Of a stretch of 64,000 nucleotides of DNA, positions 12,494-26,461 are shown piece after piece. Below the pieces are notes generated by a model. The model had not been told where the DNA came from and did not search any database. It saw only the letters and a program-made list of their open reading frames with translations. This DNA is from Macrostomum lignano (taxonomy: Eukaryota). The stretch is from assembly GCA_002269645.1 (NCBI GenBank), contig NIVC01000822.1, forward strand, positions 62,001 to 126,000. The letters are read 5' to 3'. The translations under genes were made by a program, and so were the position numbers. Numbering within the stretch: position 1 is the stretch's first letter; each line of letters opens with the position of its first letter.

Positions 12494-12584
12494 CAAATGA
12501 CTAGCGAAACCGCTGCCAACAGTTGGCAGGCTGTGCACATCAATGCCTTTCCACAATTTCAGGAACTGTTGGCTGAATGGGCAT
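12494..12584 (-). CDS. TXNDC5/ERp46-like PDI, most 5' exon identified (start of Trx domain 1, CPFS motif)
   Basis: ttttcacag|A TGC CCA TTC AGC ... TTG|gtaag; 91 nt, phase-compatible with the next exon; upstream exon(s) not found. Confidence 0.6.
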
Positions 12585-15339
12585 CTGTGAAAAATTTTAA
12601 GTCTCAATATTAAGTTGCAAAAAATTATAACTTAAATAAGTGAAGTAATGCAATACAAGCAAATTAGTTTTATAAGTAGGTACAAGTACATCAACTGTAA
12701 GTAGGTTAATTACATAATTGCTATTTAAAATTATGATATATAAATGGCTTATAATCTAGATCGTTAAATTTCTAGTATAAAAGTTGGAAGCCAAAATGAC
12801 CTTGTCATAGTTGGCATTAAAATTTCTGTATCAGTCTCATATGTAACATATGTACATTGCCATTGGTCCCTGCCATTCAAATTATGGAAAATTTGTTTTA
12901 ATAATTTTGAATCACATGTTTTTATAAATGTGTATAGAAATGTTATACTTTCTATAAGCATAGGCAAGATATAGCTAAAAGTTTTTTTAAAAATGAGGGA
13001 AACTGGCTGAAATTGGCTGACCCTAATACATGTATACATTGACAAACAACAAATTGTAAAAGAAAGTGAATATAAAATATATACTTAGCATTTTTAGCCT
13101 TTAGTCTGTTCAATACTTGTTTTTGTATATAAAAAAATTGTTTTACTAAGTATGTTTGACATTCAAGACCAGCAAAAAACATGTCACCAAATTGACTTGT
13201 TGTCAAGACAACCTGTTGCCAAATTAACTGGTTCTTGTGCTACCTTAATACCATAGTCAAGATTGTATTATGTGTATGCCAGAAGTTACCCAAAATTTTT
13301 TGATTGTGTACCAGGTATGCCAGGCAAAATTTATTAGTGCGCTGGGTGTTCTAGCAATGAGTCTAACTAAATTTCATAACATAGAGTAGACATGATTTTT
13401 GTGCTTGTATAAACAGTAGTAGTGTGGTGCAGCCTTTTTTAGATCTAGAATAAATGTATATGCACAAAATAGTGCATGCTATATACCAAAATTCAGGCTT
13501 ATATATATATGCCTGAATTTCCAATTCTAGATTTATATAAATTCTAGATTTATATATATAGATTTTAAAAATGAGACTTTAAAAAAATGTGCACCAAGTA
13601 TGCACCAGCTATCATAAATGATAAATCATAAATGCAAGAAATTTCTGGCACAAATCAAATGACATGATCCAAGTATGGACATAGTAGAAAAGAGTACCAA
13701 AGGTATTATGCATATAGAGCTAATGACATCATAGAAATTCTAATGTAGGCATCAACTAGAGCATTACTTGTGCTATACATGTGACTTTTAAGTCTCATTT
13801 TTAAATTGCAAAAAATTTAGTGCAAAAATTAGTTGCTAATTTGGGTTTAGACCATAGACTAATGCTATATCAAAGCCACATTAGACATCTTCCCTTGGGC
13901 TCAGACCATAGGCTAGCCTATGCCCCTATTGGAAAAAGTTGCTAAATGGCAAATGGCTATCCCGCACATTTTCAAAGTGACCCTGTGGCATGGTGCATTT
14001 TCTATGAGGTATTGCTTGGTGCAATGTGTTGCTTGGAATCTATGTGAAAATGGCCATGGACAGAATAGACACAACAAAATGGCAACATAGTCAAAATATT
14101 TTGTATAACAAATTTGTGTAATAGTAACAGATTAATGTAAAAGTTTTTTATGATATAATCATTTAGCTACAATGAGAATATTAAATAGAGGAGTGGTTTT
14201 TGGGCATTCTTTTGTTAGACAATACCTGAGCAGGTAAAATTTAGTTTTACAATGCCCATTAAAAAGAGTCAAAAAGGCAGTCAAATATATCAAAAATTAC
14301 ATTTTACATTTTACTCACTTCTCATATAACTTCAAATCATTACTGCAAATCATTGAAATGTAGCATAGAAAGTTACAGAAGCATATCTTATATTCACTTT
14401 TGTCATACAATCATTTAAAATTATTTGTAGGTGATTGTAAGATGAAACTAAAAGAGCTTGTATCACAAAATTGAATAGATTAATATGGTCCCAAATTTGC
14501 AGTTTGATTATGTTTATTCTATGGACACAAAGTCCCAGTCCATGTCAAACAGTACATCTCCATCAATGATCTGCATGGTTGAGAACAAAATTATTCATTA
14601 TGGTAATTGCTTTTGCACTACCCCCCACACTTTTGTCTTGTCTTATGATCCCCACTCCATATAAAACATATACATCTATTTCACTAGGGGGATTGTGAGA
14701 CAAAAGTGAGGGGAAAGGCAGAAGCAGGTGCATTAGTTATAGTAAATGTCCCTTTCTTGCTTCTGCGGAATGTCCAAGAGGAAGCCAAGACAAAACGGCA
14801 AGATGTCCATTAGATGAAGATGTGATCTAACAAAAAAATTATTAGTTCAAAAATATTAGTTTTATCTTATAAGTCAATAAGATGATCACCTACATATAAT
14901 TTTACTTTGGCTATTGTTGGTCAGTGCAAGTCGAGAGCAAAGAGTTTGCGAGGCGAGACGAAAGTGCCAAGTGCACTGACAAACGATACGATTTATTATA
15001 AGCGAGGTTCAATAGCAGCCCCTCAACCCAAGGGATAAAACACCAACAGTGTACATTAAAGTCACGATAGAGCAGAGGCGTGCAAAGAGCGTGAGCCCAG
15101 ACGAAGGGCACACGCACAGGGTTAAAATCACAAACGATACGCGGAGTAAAAGCACACGCCCAAACCCCCACGCACCAGGCCCAACACTGCCCCGCAAAAG
15201 CAAACAAAAATCGAAACAAGTAGAACAAAATCAAACAGTCAAGTACAGTCACAAAGAGTCACTAGTCTTTATAGCAGACTGGCTGGCGCGGCCGAAGCTC
15301 GTACGGCTTCCTCCGGCCGCTGGTCAGGGGCGCTGCCGT

Positions 15340-18300
15340 TGATTCCGGATCAGAGAGTTGCTCAACCTTGGCGCAAGGAAGCTACTCCGGCAACTCCGAC
15401 TCGGGTTCGGCCCATTCAAGCGACCCAGGCGCACTCGGCTGGCCAGTCCACTGATTCGAGTGCGTCAGCCGCAGGCCATTGTCCGATTGGTCCGCAGGGG
15501 CTACCAGCGCCGTGTTCTGGCCATGCTGCACCACGAACTTGGCTGGAACCGGCGAGCATCCCGGATACATCCTCAGCCAAATTGGGTCACCCACCTGCTC
15601 AGTCATAGCGGGTGGCGAAGGCGACGACCCCACATTAGAACGTCCGGAGATGCCGCTCGATTTCCACTGGGCCGGCTGGTCCTGATCGTCAGCAGCAATT
15701 TCTGCAGAAAGTGGTCGAAAGGCACCATCTTCGTCCACGCCTTGAGTCCATCCTTGATGATCTTCACCAGCCTTTCTGCCTGACCGTTCGAAGCCGGATG
15801 GTACGGCGGAGTGTGCAGCTCCTGGCACCCAATGCCACTGGGACTGGCTGGGAATGCCAGCTGTGGCTGGGAATGCCACAGCCACTGGGACACTTTCTCT
15901 GACTTGAACTCCGGGGCATTGTCTGACACCAGCGTCCGAGGCACTCCGTTCATGGCGAACACCGCTCTTAGAACCCGCAGGACACTGTCCGTAGTTCGGT
16001 CTGGCACCTGGATCGCCTCAGGCCACCCCGAGTATGAGTCCGACAGCAGCAGCAGCATACTGACAGTAGAAATCTCACAATGGTCCATGTGAATCCGGCA
16101 CCGCGGCTCACTCTCGGCTGGCCAGGTGTCGATTCTTCGCTGCAGGACTGGCCGAGTTTCTGAGCACTGCTGGCAGCGCTCCACAAAGCTGCAAACATCG
16201 CGATCCAGACCCGGCCACAAGAACTTCTTGGAGATGTGCGCCTTGGTGTTGTCGGCGCTCGGATGCACCTCGTCGTGCGCCACCTCCAGGATGCGCCTGC
16301 GGAGAACAGGTGGCGGCACAATTCTGGTTCCGTGGATCACCAGACCATCTTTCACCGACAGCGCCTCCCGGCACGCTTTGTACGGCCTCTCCACCTGCGA
16401 CACCTGGCCACACCGGCCCGTTCGGATCCTCTGCTGCAACCGCTTCATCAACGCGCACATTCTGGTTTCGTCACGAAGATCCTGCAGAGTCACCAGAGCT
16501 CCTTCTGACACGACTTCTTCATCCTCCAGCTGGTGCACAGCGTCACTCGGAGGGTCTTGGGCAGCAAAACTCAAACGAGACAGGGCATCTGCGTTAGCCA
16601 TAAGTCTTCCCGGCACATACTCCTATCGTAGTCAAAAGCAGATAGTCGCAGAGCCCAGCGACTTGTCTAGCCGACACTGTTTTAGGAAGATTCTTGCTGG
16701 GATTGAAGATGTACTTCAGTGGTTCGTGGTCAGTCTGGAGCGTGCACCTCTTCCCCAGAAGCATCTTGCGCTCTCGCTCCACTGCCCAAACAATGGCCAG
16801 TGCCTCCCTCTCAATGTTGGAGTAGTTGGCCTCAGACTTGGTCAGCGCCCGAGAGAGGTACATGACTGGGTGCCCTGACTGCACCAGAACCGCGCCCAGC
16901 GACTGCTCGCTAGCATCCACCCGCAGACACACCGGCGAGTTGACGTCAAACGGTTTCACACACGGATTCGAGCTCAGGCTCTGCTTTACATTGGTGAACG
17001 CTGCCTCGGCAGCCGCACTCCAGTCAAATACGCGGTCCCCTCGACGAAGTTCCTGCAGAGGCCGACACTTCTCAGCAAAGTTGGGAACCAATCGACCATA
17101 GAACTGCGAAGGTCCCAGAAACCGTTAGAGATCCTTTCTGCTTTTCGGAGCCTCCACATACTGAATCTTCTGCACCATTCCCGGATCCGGCTTGATCTCC
17201 TCATCGATGATGTGGCCCAGGAACTTCAGGCTACTGGCCTCCATAATGCACTTCGCTTCGTTGATTTTCACACTAGCCGTCCTCAGCTTGTCCAGCACCT
17301 TTTCTTTGATATTCTGCAGCTCCGCTTTCGACACCGCTCCCATGAGCACATATTCCTGGTACACGATGACACTTGGGTGCTCACCCAGCAGCTTCTCCAT
17401 CTCGCGCTGGAACACGGACGGAGACACCTTGGTGCCGTACGGCAGCCTGTTAAAGCGGTAGCAGCCGAAAGGGGTGTTGATCGTGGTGATGTCCTTTGAC
17501 CTTTCCTTTCCAGCGGAACCTGGTAGTAAGCGTCAGATAGATCCAGTCGGCAGAACAACTTCTTGTTTGCCATCTTTGAGAAGGCTGTCTCGATGGACGG
17601 AGTCAAATACGTTTGATCCTGCACCCACTGATTAACAGCAGTGTAATCTCCGCAGATCCTCACGGACAACTTGTCGGACTTCACCGTCACCACTATGGGG
17701 CTGCCCCACTCCGAGGACGTCACCTTCTCAACTATGCCTGCCTTCTCCATCAAGTCCAACTCCTTCTTCACCAGTGGACGCAGCGCCAGCGGCAGCTCTC
17801 TGGCTGGTTGGAAAATCGGCCTGGCTCCCACCTTCAACCGGATCTCGCCAACTGCTCCATTGATGCCCAACAAGCTCTCGTACCTGTTGTTGCTGGGCGG
17901 CTTGGCCTCGTCCGAGTGGTGAGCAGGCAGCGAGCTGAGCAGATCCCGGCCGAGCAACCCGAACTTCTGCTCGCATTCGATGACGGGCAGCTCCGCTGCA
18001 GCGAAGCGGCCATCAGGGCCGCCAGTCTCCACCAGGCACTCCAGGATGCCGAGCTGCTTCATCACGTGTCCGTCGTACGCCAGCATCCGAGACTTGGGCG
18101 ACTTCAGTGGCGGCCTGCCGAGTTCTTCCCAGATCTTTCTCGAGATCAGTGAGCACGAGGCGCCGCTGTCCTTTTCCATTTCAACCTGCCTTCTGTTGAT
18201 TTTCACATCGCAGAATGCAGCAGGGGTGCCCGCAGCGCAATAGAAAATCGGCTCGTCTCTGGTCACGGCTGAGTAAGAGTGCTTGGATTCTTTGGCTGTG

Positions 18301-19148
18301 ACAAAGTGGGTCATGGCACTCCGACAGACCTTCGCGAAGTGGCCAGTCTTGCCGCACTTGTGGCACGTAACCTTCAGAGCCCGGCAGTCTGTCGGTCGGC
18401 GATGTGGCGCCTGGCCGCATCGCTGGCAGCTCTGGCCTCCACTGGCCGTGGGCCTCACCATCTCCGCCGCGTTCACGCTGTTGGCACCTGCAGAACTTTC
18501 TTCTGGCACCTCCTGGCTAGCGGACAGCGCCTGATGCACCGCCGAGTCCACTTCAGCTTGTTCGGAGGCGGTCAGTGGCCCAGACGAAAATTTGCTCACC
18601 ATTTGAAGTTGCTGCACGTACTCGGTGATCTGACTCACAGAGAGCTCTGCCGAGACTTCGCGCTCGAGGACCTTGCTCCGAAGCTCCTGGTTGCTGAGGT
18701 CGGCGATGAGACGCATTTTGATCAGTTGCTCAGCTCGATCGACGTTCTCGCCCTTCAGCTTTTCGAATTCGCACACTACTGCCTGCTCTTGAAGTCAGGC
18801 AGCAAAGCCGGCAACCGTCTCGCCCTCTCCTTGGCGCATGGACATGAAAGCCGCTCTCTCGGCAATCAGCAGCCTCTTCTTGGGTTCCAGAAACCGCACG
18901 AGGCACTCCTTGATTTCCGCCCACTTCATCTGCGAGAGCGGTTTGGGCGCAACCAGCTGTTTCACTTTGATGAGCTGTGCCACACCAAGGCAGCCAAGGA
19001 AGGCATCGGTCAACGCCAGATTGCCGGCTGTGTCATCAGTGCGATCGTTGTCCTTCACTCCTTTTGCCTGGGCGTCGAAGACTTCGATCCATGACCGCAA
19101 CTCTTCAATGTTGTTGAGAGGCAGTGGGTCTCGTAGCTTTATGGACAT
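15340..19148 (-). pseudogene. Disrupted gag-pol of the Gypsy element
   Basis: ATG at 19148; in-frame TGA at 18795-18797; frameshift near 17515 after YYQVPL; RT motif reads YQEY instead of YxDD; further stop at 17125 and later shifts. Confidence 0.9.
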
Positions 19149-19154
19149 CTGATG

Positions 19155-19172
19155 ATCCTGCTCGCGACGCCA
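19155..19172 (-). promoter_or_regulatory. Primer binding site, complementary to a tRNA 3' end (tRNA-Ser-like)
   Basis: TGGCGTCGCGAGCAGGAT 3 nt after the 5' LTR; its reverse complement ATCCTGCTCGCGACGCCA ends in CCA. tRNA identity is inferred. Confidence 0.75.
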
Positions 19173-21838
19173 AAATGTTGAGTCAGTGCAAGTCGAGAGC
19201 AAAGAGTTTGCGAGGCGAGACGAAAGTGCTAAGTGCTAAAAAGGGCTAAAACACCAACAGTGTACATTAAAGTCACGATAGAGCAGAGACGTGCAAAGAG
19301 CGTGAGCCCAGACAAAGGGCACACGCACAAGGTTAAATCACAAACGATACGCGGAGTAATAGCACACGCTCAACCCCCCACGCACCAGGCCCAACAGAGA
19401 CTGAAACAGAGACATTCTAGGAAAAAAAGCAAGGAAATTATTATAACAAATTGGTCAAATAGTAATTTGAGCATTGATTAAATTTAAAAAAATCATTACA
19501 AAAGGTGCACCAATGCACATTTTCTTGGCTTAAAAAATATTAATTTTATGTTTTATTGCAGCAAAGTTTAAAAAACTATTGTATTGTGCTTTTTATATTA
19601 TTTAAACAATAGAAAAAACATGATAAAGATATATTGTAAATTTGTTTTTTTAACTAGCATTATGCTATAATCGAGTACAGTACAGTGTACCATGCAAAAA
19701 TATTACAACTCTACAAGTAATATAAATAGTAGTAATGTAACCACATGGTATGACATCATTTGTCAATTTGTCATTTGTCAATCATTATAATTTCTGTTAT
19801 ATACTTATCCTTCTGCACTATGGTGTAAGGGGCCTAATAGAACATATCTGTATTATTTAAAAAATAAAACTGTTTTAATAGCTATGTAGGTTATAGTGTT
19901 AGTTTAGTTTTAATTGAAACACACATTGATATTCAAACTACTAAAAAAGGTCCATTATTATTGCAAATGCAAAAAGGTTCATTGCAAAATTGCAAAAAAT
20001 GTTGCAACTATGGCTCCTTGATGTAGCCCATGTACCTTATAAAGTGACCCCTTGGCATGATTTTGCTAGGTCCTTGATATGTGTCTGCACATTTGTAGAA
20101 TTTATTCCAATAGGGGCCTGTCTGTCTCCATAGTTTGGAAGGCAACATGTACATTGGGATTCCTAGAGTAAAACAAAGGTGCTTGCCATTTTTGTGTACA
20201 TTAGCATAGATCCTAGCATATATAACGAAGTGAAAAAATTTAGGCTTACATCTATGACATACCTATGTAAATGTTAAGATCAAATAAAGTAACTTTATGT
20301 AGAATATGCTATATGCAACACCATCATTATGGAAAAGGAAAAAAGAAAAATCAATTTTAAATTTTGTGCTCTAAAAACATGTTTTTTTCAATTTTAGTGA
20401 ATTAAGATAACTTCTTTTATAATTGTATTTTCTCATTGCACATTGCAAAACCCTATTGGAATAAATGTTAAAAATCCGCGGACGCGCACTTTAGAAAAGA
20501 GTCAAACTATTTTACCGTGCTTTAGGATTATTAGAGATGTTCCGAAAGATCTGCAGTTTCGTCGAAATCAAAATTCGCTAACTTTCCAAAATCAAAATTG
20601 AAATTTCCCAAAATCATAATTCAGAAAAACAAAGTTTAGTATGATCAACACTCATTTTTTTACTTTTAATTTACTGCTTAAGCAAAAAGTAATACATGTA
20701 TATGTAGTAGAAAGTAGTTTATTTTTAGCAACTTTTTAGACACAACCAAAATTTTCACTTCTAATTTTTTTTCAAAATTGAAATGGCTCATTCTATATAA
20801 GATGGACATTTTTGGAAAATAGAAAAAAGTCAATATTTTTGCTTGCCATTGCCTTATCAGCCAATTTTTTTACCAAATGTTTTTTATGTGTAATATCTAC
20901 AATCTAAGAATAAATGAATGATAAAATGTTAGATTAGTATGCTATCAAGTGGCAAAAAGTCATTTTTGTAAAAATTTAGACATTTTTCTAAGCAAAAGAC
21001 ATCATTAAGTTTGTGTACCTTTTAAAAACAAATAGAAAGCTTTGGAAGGTTGAAACAAACTATAGATAAAAGTATAGTACTTGCATCATCAGATAAAAGT
21101 ATTGGTGACCAAATAATCTATTATATTTTTAATATATTGGTACCTCAAAGTTACTGAATTGACAGAAAAAAATATGTTACGACCATAATGTTACGACCAT
21201 AAGGCTGCCTTTTCTTTTGTATCTTTGTTGCCTTTTTGAGTTTATATATTCTACAAAAAGAGTATGATTACTAAAGATGTTCTTAGTCAAATTTTTAAAA
21301 ATGTATTGCAAAATATCAAAAATAAAAATGTTATAAGACTTTTACCTTTTAGTTTCTATATGTCAAAAATCCTGTTGTTACGACCATAAGTGCCATTCAA
21401 GGTTTAATAGCATCTATACTAATGATGATATCTACATGAAACTCTATAAAAATATTTTTGACAAAATTATCTTTCATTTAAAATATTGGTTTAGTATATT
21501 CTATTTTTATATTTCATTTTATAAGTAAAAATAGCCTGTCATGTTACAAGCATGCTTATATGGAATGAGCCAAATTGAATTTTCGGAACATCTCTAAGCT
21601 TAATAAATTACGAGTATATAAGCCCCTTCAACAGAGGTATTATACCCATTTCCATATATATGTATTTGCTAGAGCAGCAGCCAGTAAGAAAGGGCAGCGC
21701 GTGCGCAGGCAATGCGCCTATGTGCACTGCGCTTTAGAAAAATTTCAAAAGTGCACCGGACACCGTCCGCGGTTTTACAACTTTTTCCTATAGGGTTGCA
21801 AAAGTGCATAATTTTTAAGTTTGTTACTCTGTATATAT

Positions 21839-22170
21839 TGCAACTTTCCTATAGTCATTTCTTTAGTTCTTCACTTGTCTTTGTTTACTTTTTTTTCTCT
21901 TTCTCTCTCTCTGTCTAGCTCAATCTTGTTATTCTTATCTCTTTCTCCCTTGCTGCCTTTTGATTGGCTCTTCATTCCCACCTCTCTCTTTAGTTGCAAA
22001 TTTCAACCCCTCTCTTTATTATCTTCAACTTAAACCCCCTTTCAATTTAATGTCATACAAATATATTGGTTTAGGCCCTGCGCCCACTTACTGCTCCTTC
22101 TCTCTCAGTATCAATTTAACTCTAATTTAAATATTGTTAGTTTAGTCTTTTTTGTCTTATTATTTTCTCA
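21839..22170 (+). mobile_element. Old, diverged solo LTR of the same family as the 51816-53649 element
   Basis: Colinear similarity (ACTTTCCT..AGTCATTTCTTTAGTTC..GTCTAGCTCAATCTTGTTATTCTTATCTC..GGCCCTGCGCCCACTTACTG..GTCTTATT). Confidence 0.85.
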
Positions 22171-22357
22171 TGGCTTAAAAAAATCAAAATTGAAAAAGTG
22201 TAACAACTTCAGCATACATAGTTTAAAATTTTTTTTTGTCCCAGTGTACAAACATGGTCCTATACTTTTCCCCCACTGGACCTGGCATATACTAATATAA
22301 AATCCAAACTATGGACTTGCCTATGCTATATTAGCCTTTTTTTGCATCCACCATGCA

Positions 22358-22359
<2 letters not shown>

Positions 22360-22400
<41 letters not shown>
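22360..22400. repeat. (TA)n microsatellite
   Basis: About 20 perfect units. Confidence 0.95.
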
Positions 22401-22403
<3 letters not shown>

Positions 22404-24313
22404 TTCATATATATAACCTTATTAGAACTAATTCTAAAATGTATAGACATGCATAAGGGTCTAGCAAAAATATGCCAAGGGGTCAATCTCCAAGGTACAT
22501 GGGCCATATCAAGGGGTTATATGCACTATACTATGCCATGTACCACATTGCACCAAGCACTAGGTTTACCTCTTAAAAATATATCATATTTTTTATGATG
22601 TACGTTGATATACCCTATAGTCCAGAAGGTGGCCTTTATGCTGGAAAATTCTGGCATATTTTTGCTCTTGTTGACAATCTTGGCATACACTTGGTGTAAA
22701 GAATTTTTAGGTTCAACATGATGTGTACATAGTTGGCATACAACATAGTTCAGGGCTAATGTAACCCTGTGGTTAAATATCAAGCAACAAAAGCTCTTTA
22801 CAAATAATTGGAAACTAAAACAGAAAATATTAATGCAATTTATGAGAAAATTAAAATTAAAACAAATAATTTTAGTTTTTAGCAAAGAACAGCCATTTTA
22901 GAGTTTAATAAAACTCATATATTTCTAGAAATTATATATTCTTTAGCCTGCCATGATCTAGACTTTGGATTATACCTATAGGGTTATTTTGAAAATATGC
23001 CAGATGCTATAGTCCAGATCATGCTAGGTGCATGACCAGACAAAAAATGAATAATTATAAATGCACACCAAAAAATTGAGTACACACGTCAATTTTACAA
23101 ACTATGCTAGTGTTGCGACAATAAATGGCCTTTTTTACATTATAACAATAAATTACCTGACAAAATTACCTTTTTTGAATTGTGTATGGAACCCTTTTTG
23201 GCAAATAATTTGGTTCATTTTTCTGCTTTTTTGACAATACTACTGATTGTAGAAAATTGCTACCTACAATGATTTGTTTCAATGCTTTATTACAAGCTTA
23301 AAAACCTGGAAAGCTTGAAATTTATGCTTAAATGAACCTCTTTATCTTTTTTTCTATTTCATAATGACTTTTCCATGTGATTCTATGAAGTGCATGCTAG
23401 GTATGCATGCACATTATTTTCTTAGGAGTGATATATACCAACTTTGCATGCCAACTTTTAGTGTACAAGGCATTGCAAGCCCAAATTTTCAGGCATATAC
23501 TATATGATCTAGAGTGTAGGCCAGATGGCCATCTACCATTTAGCAACTTTTTATAATAGAGACAGTGGCAGATCTAGAGTTTAATTTTTTTTCGGGGGGG
23601 GGGGCAATTTAAGTTTGGGAGGCCAACATAAATATAAAAAGTATCAATTTTTAAGCTAAGGGCACAAAAATATATATAAGAGACAAAAACCAAGCTTAGA
23701 AGTGAAAAAAGCGTCTAAAGGGCAAAAAGTCAAGCTTAGGAACAAAAAGGCATTTGGGATAAAAATAAAGTTTAAGAAAATGAAGGGGTGCAAACTTAGG
23801 TTTTGGGGGGCACAATAAGCCCATAGTCTAGATCATGGCAGGTGTCAAAATGAAAATTCATATATTTTCTATTTTATGCCAACATAAAATTAAAAAACAA
23901 GTTTACACCAAGATAAAAATTGTTCATATGCAACTTTTTATTGAATATTTATTTTTAGAAATTCAAAACTTTTACTAAACTATAAAATGGCTATTTTTTG
24001 CAAAAAACTGATATTCTTTGTTTTAATTTTGATTTTCTCCTGATTGCATTAATATTTTCTATTTTAGTTTAGCTATTTTAGCTTTCGACATTGGTTGATG
24101 CTTAACTACACAATTACATTAGCCTTGAACTTGGCTATTTTTTGTATGCCAACTGTGTACACTTCATGTTGAATCTGAAAATTCTATACACCAAGTATAT
24201 GCCAAGATTGTTAGCAAGAGCAAAAATATGCCGGCATAAAGGCCATCTTCAGGACTATGGCAATAGGCCTATGTTTTGTAAAGCTATTTTCTATACTCTG
24301 GAAAGCATATACC

Positions 24314-24893
24314 ATAGTCCGGATCATGTCATTTACGCCGGAGATCTTTGGCGTAAATCTGGTTTGGGATTGGAGGCTGGCGTAAGTGCTTGGCATAAGT
24401 ATAGGCCAAAATGTGCCTTGGCATAAGTGCTTGGCATAAGTACATAGCATAAATCAAATGGCATAAATGTTGGCACAAATGAGATCATTCACAATCAAAT
24501 ATATCACTATAGAACATTACACATTTGCGTTAATTATGATGTTAAAGGGCAGCATTAAAACAAAGTTCATCAAAATATTGCAGTTTGTATAAATGAGATA
24601 GCAGAATATCTATTGTAGGATAGCAAAAGTTTTTTAGCTTCAAGATGCTTACTTTGATTCTTAATTCAGAATTTGCAACTTGTGAGATTTTTAAACAGTT
24701 GCAACTTCTGAATTTAATTAATCACTGATTAATTGTAAATCATCTATTCTATTCTATTCACAATAATTGTGAAAGACATTTTTTTGGGTGGCGTAAGTCA
24801 GAGGGACCTTTTTTTGGTTGGCGTAAGTCTGGCGTAAGTGCCAAAAAATGTTGGATTTTTCCTTTGGCATAAGTCCAGCATGATCCAGACTAT
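24314..24893. mobile_element. Putative MITE with 15-bp TIR (ATAGTCCGGATCATG) and internal GGCGTAAGT/GGCATAAGT motif repeats
   Basis: 14/15 inverted match at the ends; related ends near 22950, 23008 and 23822; no TSD resolved. Confidence 0.45.
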
Positions 24894-26273
24894 AGGGCAT
24901 ATATTATGCTAGAAAAATCTAGCATGCATTTGGTTTGGCCTAAAAGTTGTAGCATGCATTTGGGTATATTTGGGTATTGCACGCTGAAAGTGGCATGCTG
25001 GTGTGCTATGGCATAGAATAGCTGGAGTTGAATGTGGCCTGGCATAGTATTAGACATGTTTTGTTGAAACAAAAGTTCCTGAAAAGACTTGGTGTTATGA
25101 AGACAAGAATTCATAGGCCTACTTATTTTCATTGCAAAATGATAAGTAAATTTTAATGTGCAAAAAAGAAGCATTATATATTTGCATGCTACAAAAGTTT
25201 TTAAAAATGTTAAAGACTTGCTTGGTTTTTTGAAATGCATTTATAAATATAAAAAAGTTGTTTTTTCTGTTAACATATTTGTTTGGTGTGCATTTGCTGA
25301 CATGTATCTTACTGGCACTGGCATTAAAAAAATTAATTGAACAAGTGTAGGATTGCCTAGAGGCCTATCTAGGCCCTATATTTAATGTAGATTTTAAAAG
25401 GCATTTATTCTTAATCAACTTTACCTTTAGATATAAATTTATACTTGAATAGAAAATCATTCAATATAAACCTTAGATCAAAAACTAATGTAGTATAAGT
25501 TAATAGTACAATCTATTAGTATTACAACTGTTAGGGGCCTATATATTTCCTATAAACTATAAACATTGTCTATAGTATTTAGTATTATAATAATTAATTA
25601 GTGAAATTCTTATGACTTTTGAATGTATATTTTTGCAATAGAATTACTTACTTAGCAGAATAATAAGTAACTAGTACATTCCTCTCTTTGATGTCATTCA
25701 TCAATGATATGTGTGTTGATGATTTTGCATATACAAATGATATTAGGCCCAAACCAATAAAAGATAACTTCCATGATAATCTATAATACAGACTATACAT
25801 CCTCAGATGTTGCGGCTGCCACCGCTCTTGGACTTAGGGCAAATATATCACAAATGACTTTTTAAATTCCTGAACAAACTTGCGTTAGAGCTACTTTAAG
25901 TTGAGAAGTTAAATGACAGTCCACGCACGCAACTCTGGCAACAGGGTCTCCCTAAAACACGTCAACAATGTGATGACCGGATTTTCAGTTCTCGCGGTTC
26001 AGTTCCGAAATTTAAATTAATTCACTCCGGATTGCCTTTAAATAGTTAGTGTATAAACAAAGTAAAAACATTTCTGCTCCAATTGCACTTAAACAGCAAA
26101 TAAAAAAGCATTGCCATTGCAATAAATATTTAAATTATATTATTTTTTGATGATATTTTTACATTTTATTGTAATTTTTTCGTCAGTCATTTTAGCGCGC
26201 ATATGAAACTTATGCATACGAAATTCAAAAGCACATTGCTTTCGAATTGCTTGGAGAATGCCTAAGGCAAAGG

Positions 26274-26461
26274 CAGTGGCGCAACCAGGTGGGGGGCGGG
26301 GGCGGTCGCCCCCGTCTTAAAGGCGCGGAGACCCAAAAAATCAAAGAATCAGAGGGGGGGACCAAGCGAATTTTCGCCAAAACAGAGCCACCCCTCCGAC
26401 CCCTCTCCCGGGACTTTACCCTCCAGAATCCGCCCCCTCATAAAATTTCTGGTTGCTACTG
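26274..26461. mobile_element. hAT-type MITE relic inside the MULE
   Basis: CAGTGGCGCAACCAG ... CTGGTTGCTACTG imperfect TIR; no TSD match. Confidence 0.55.

Larger units (their letters stand above)
14915..19396 (-). mobile_element. Full-length but inactivated Ty3/Gypsy LTR retrotransposon (Mag-like, single gag-pol frame)
   Basis: LTRs 19176-19396 and 14915-15186 (TGTTG...CAACA); PBS TGGCGTCGCGAGCAGGAT; two CCHC knuckles, protease DSGAS, RT, RNase H, integrase in Gypsy order. Confidence 0.95.

Noticed and set aside
14520-14830. Exon-like minus-strand segments (IIDGDVLFDMDWDFVSIE; MDILPFCLGFLLDIPQK)
   Set aside because: End in stops and cannot be joined to the TXNDC5-like model; unsupported
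20465-21780. Weak inverted similarity (AAAATCCGCGGACG / CGTCCGCGGTTTT; GGAACATCTCTAA)
   Set aside because: Too short and degenerate and no TSD; possibly old DNA transposon ends
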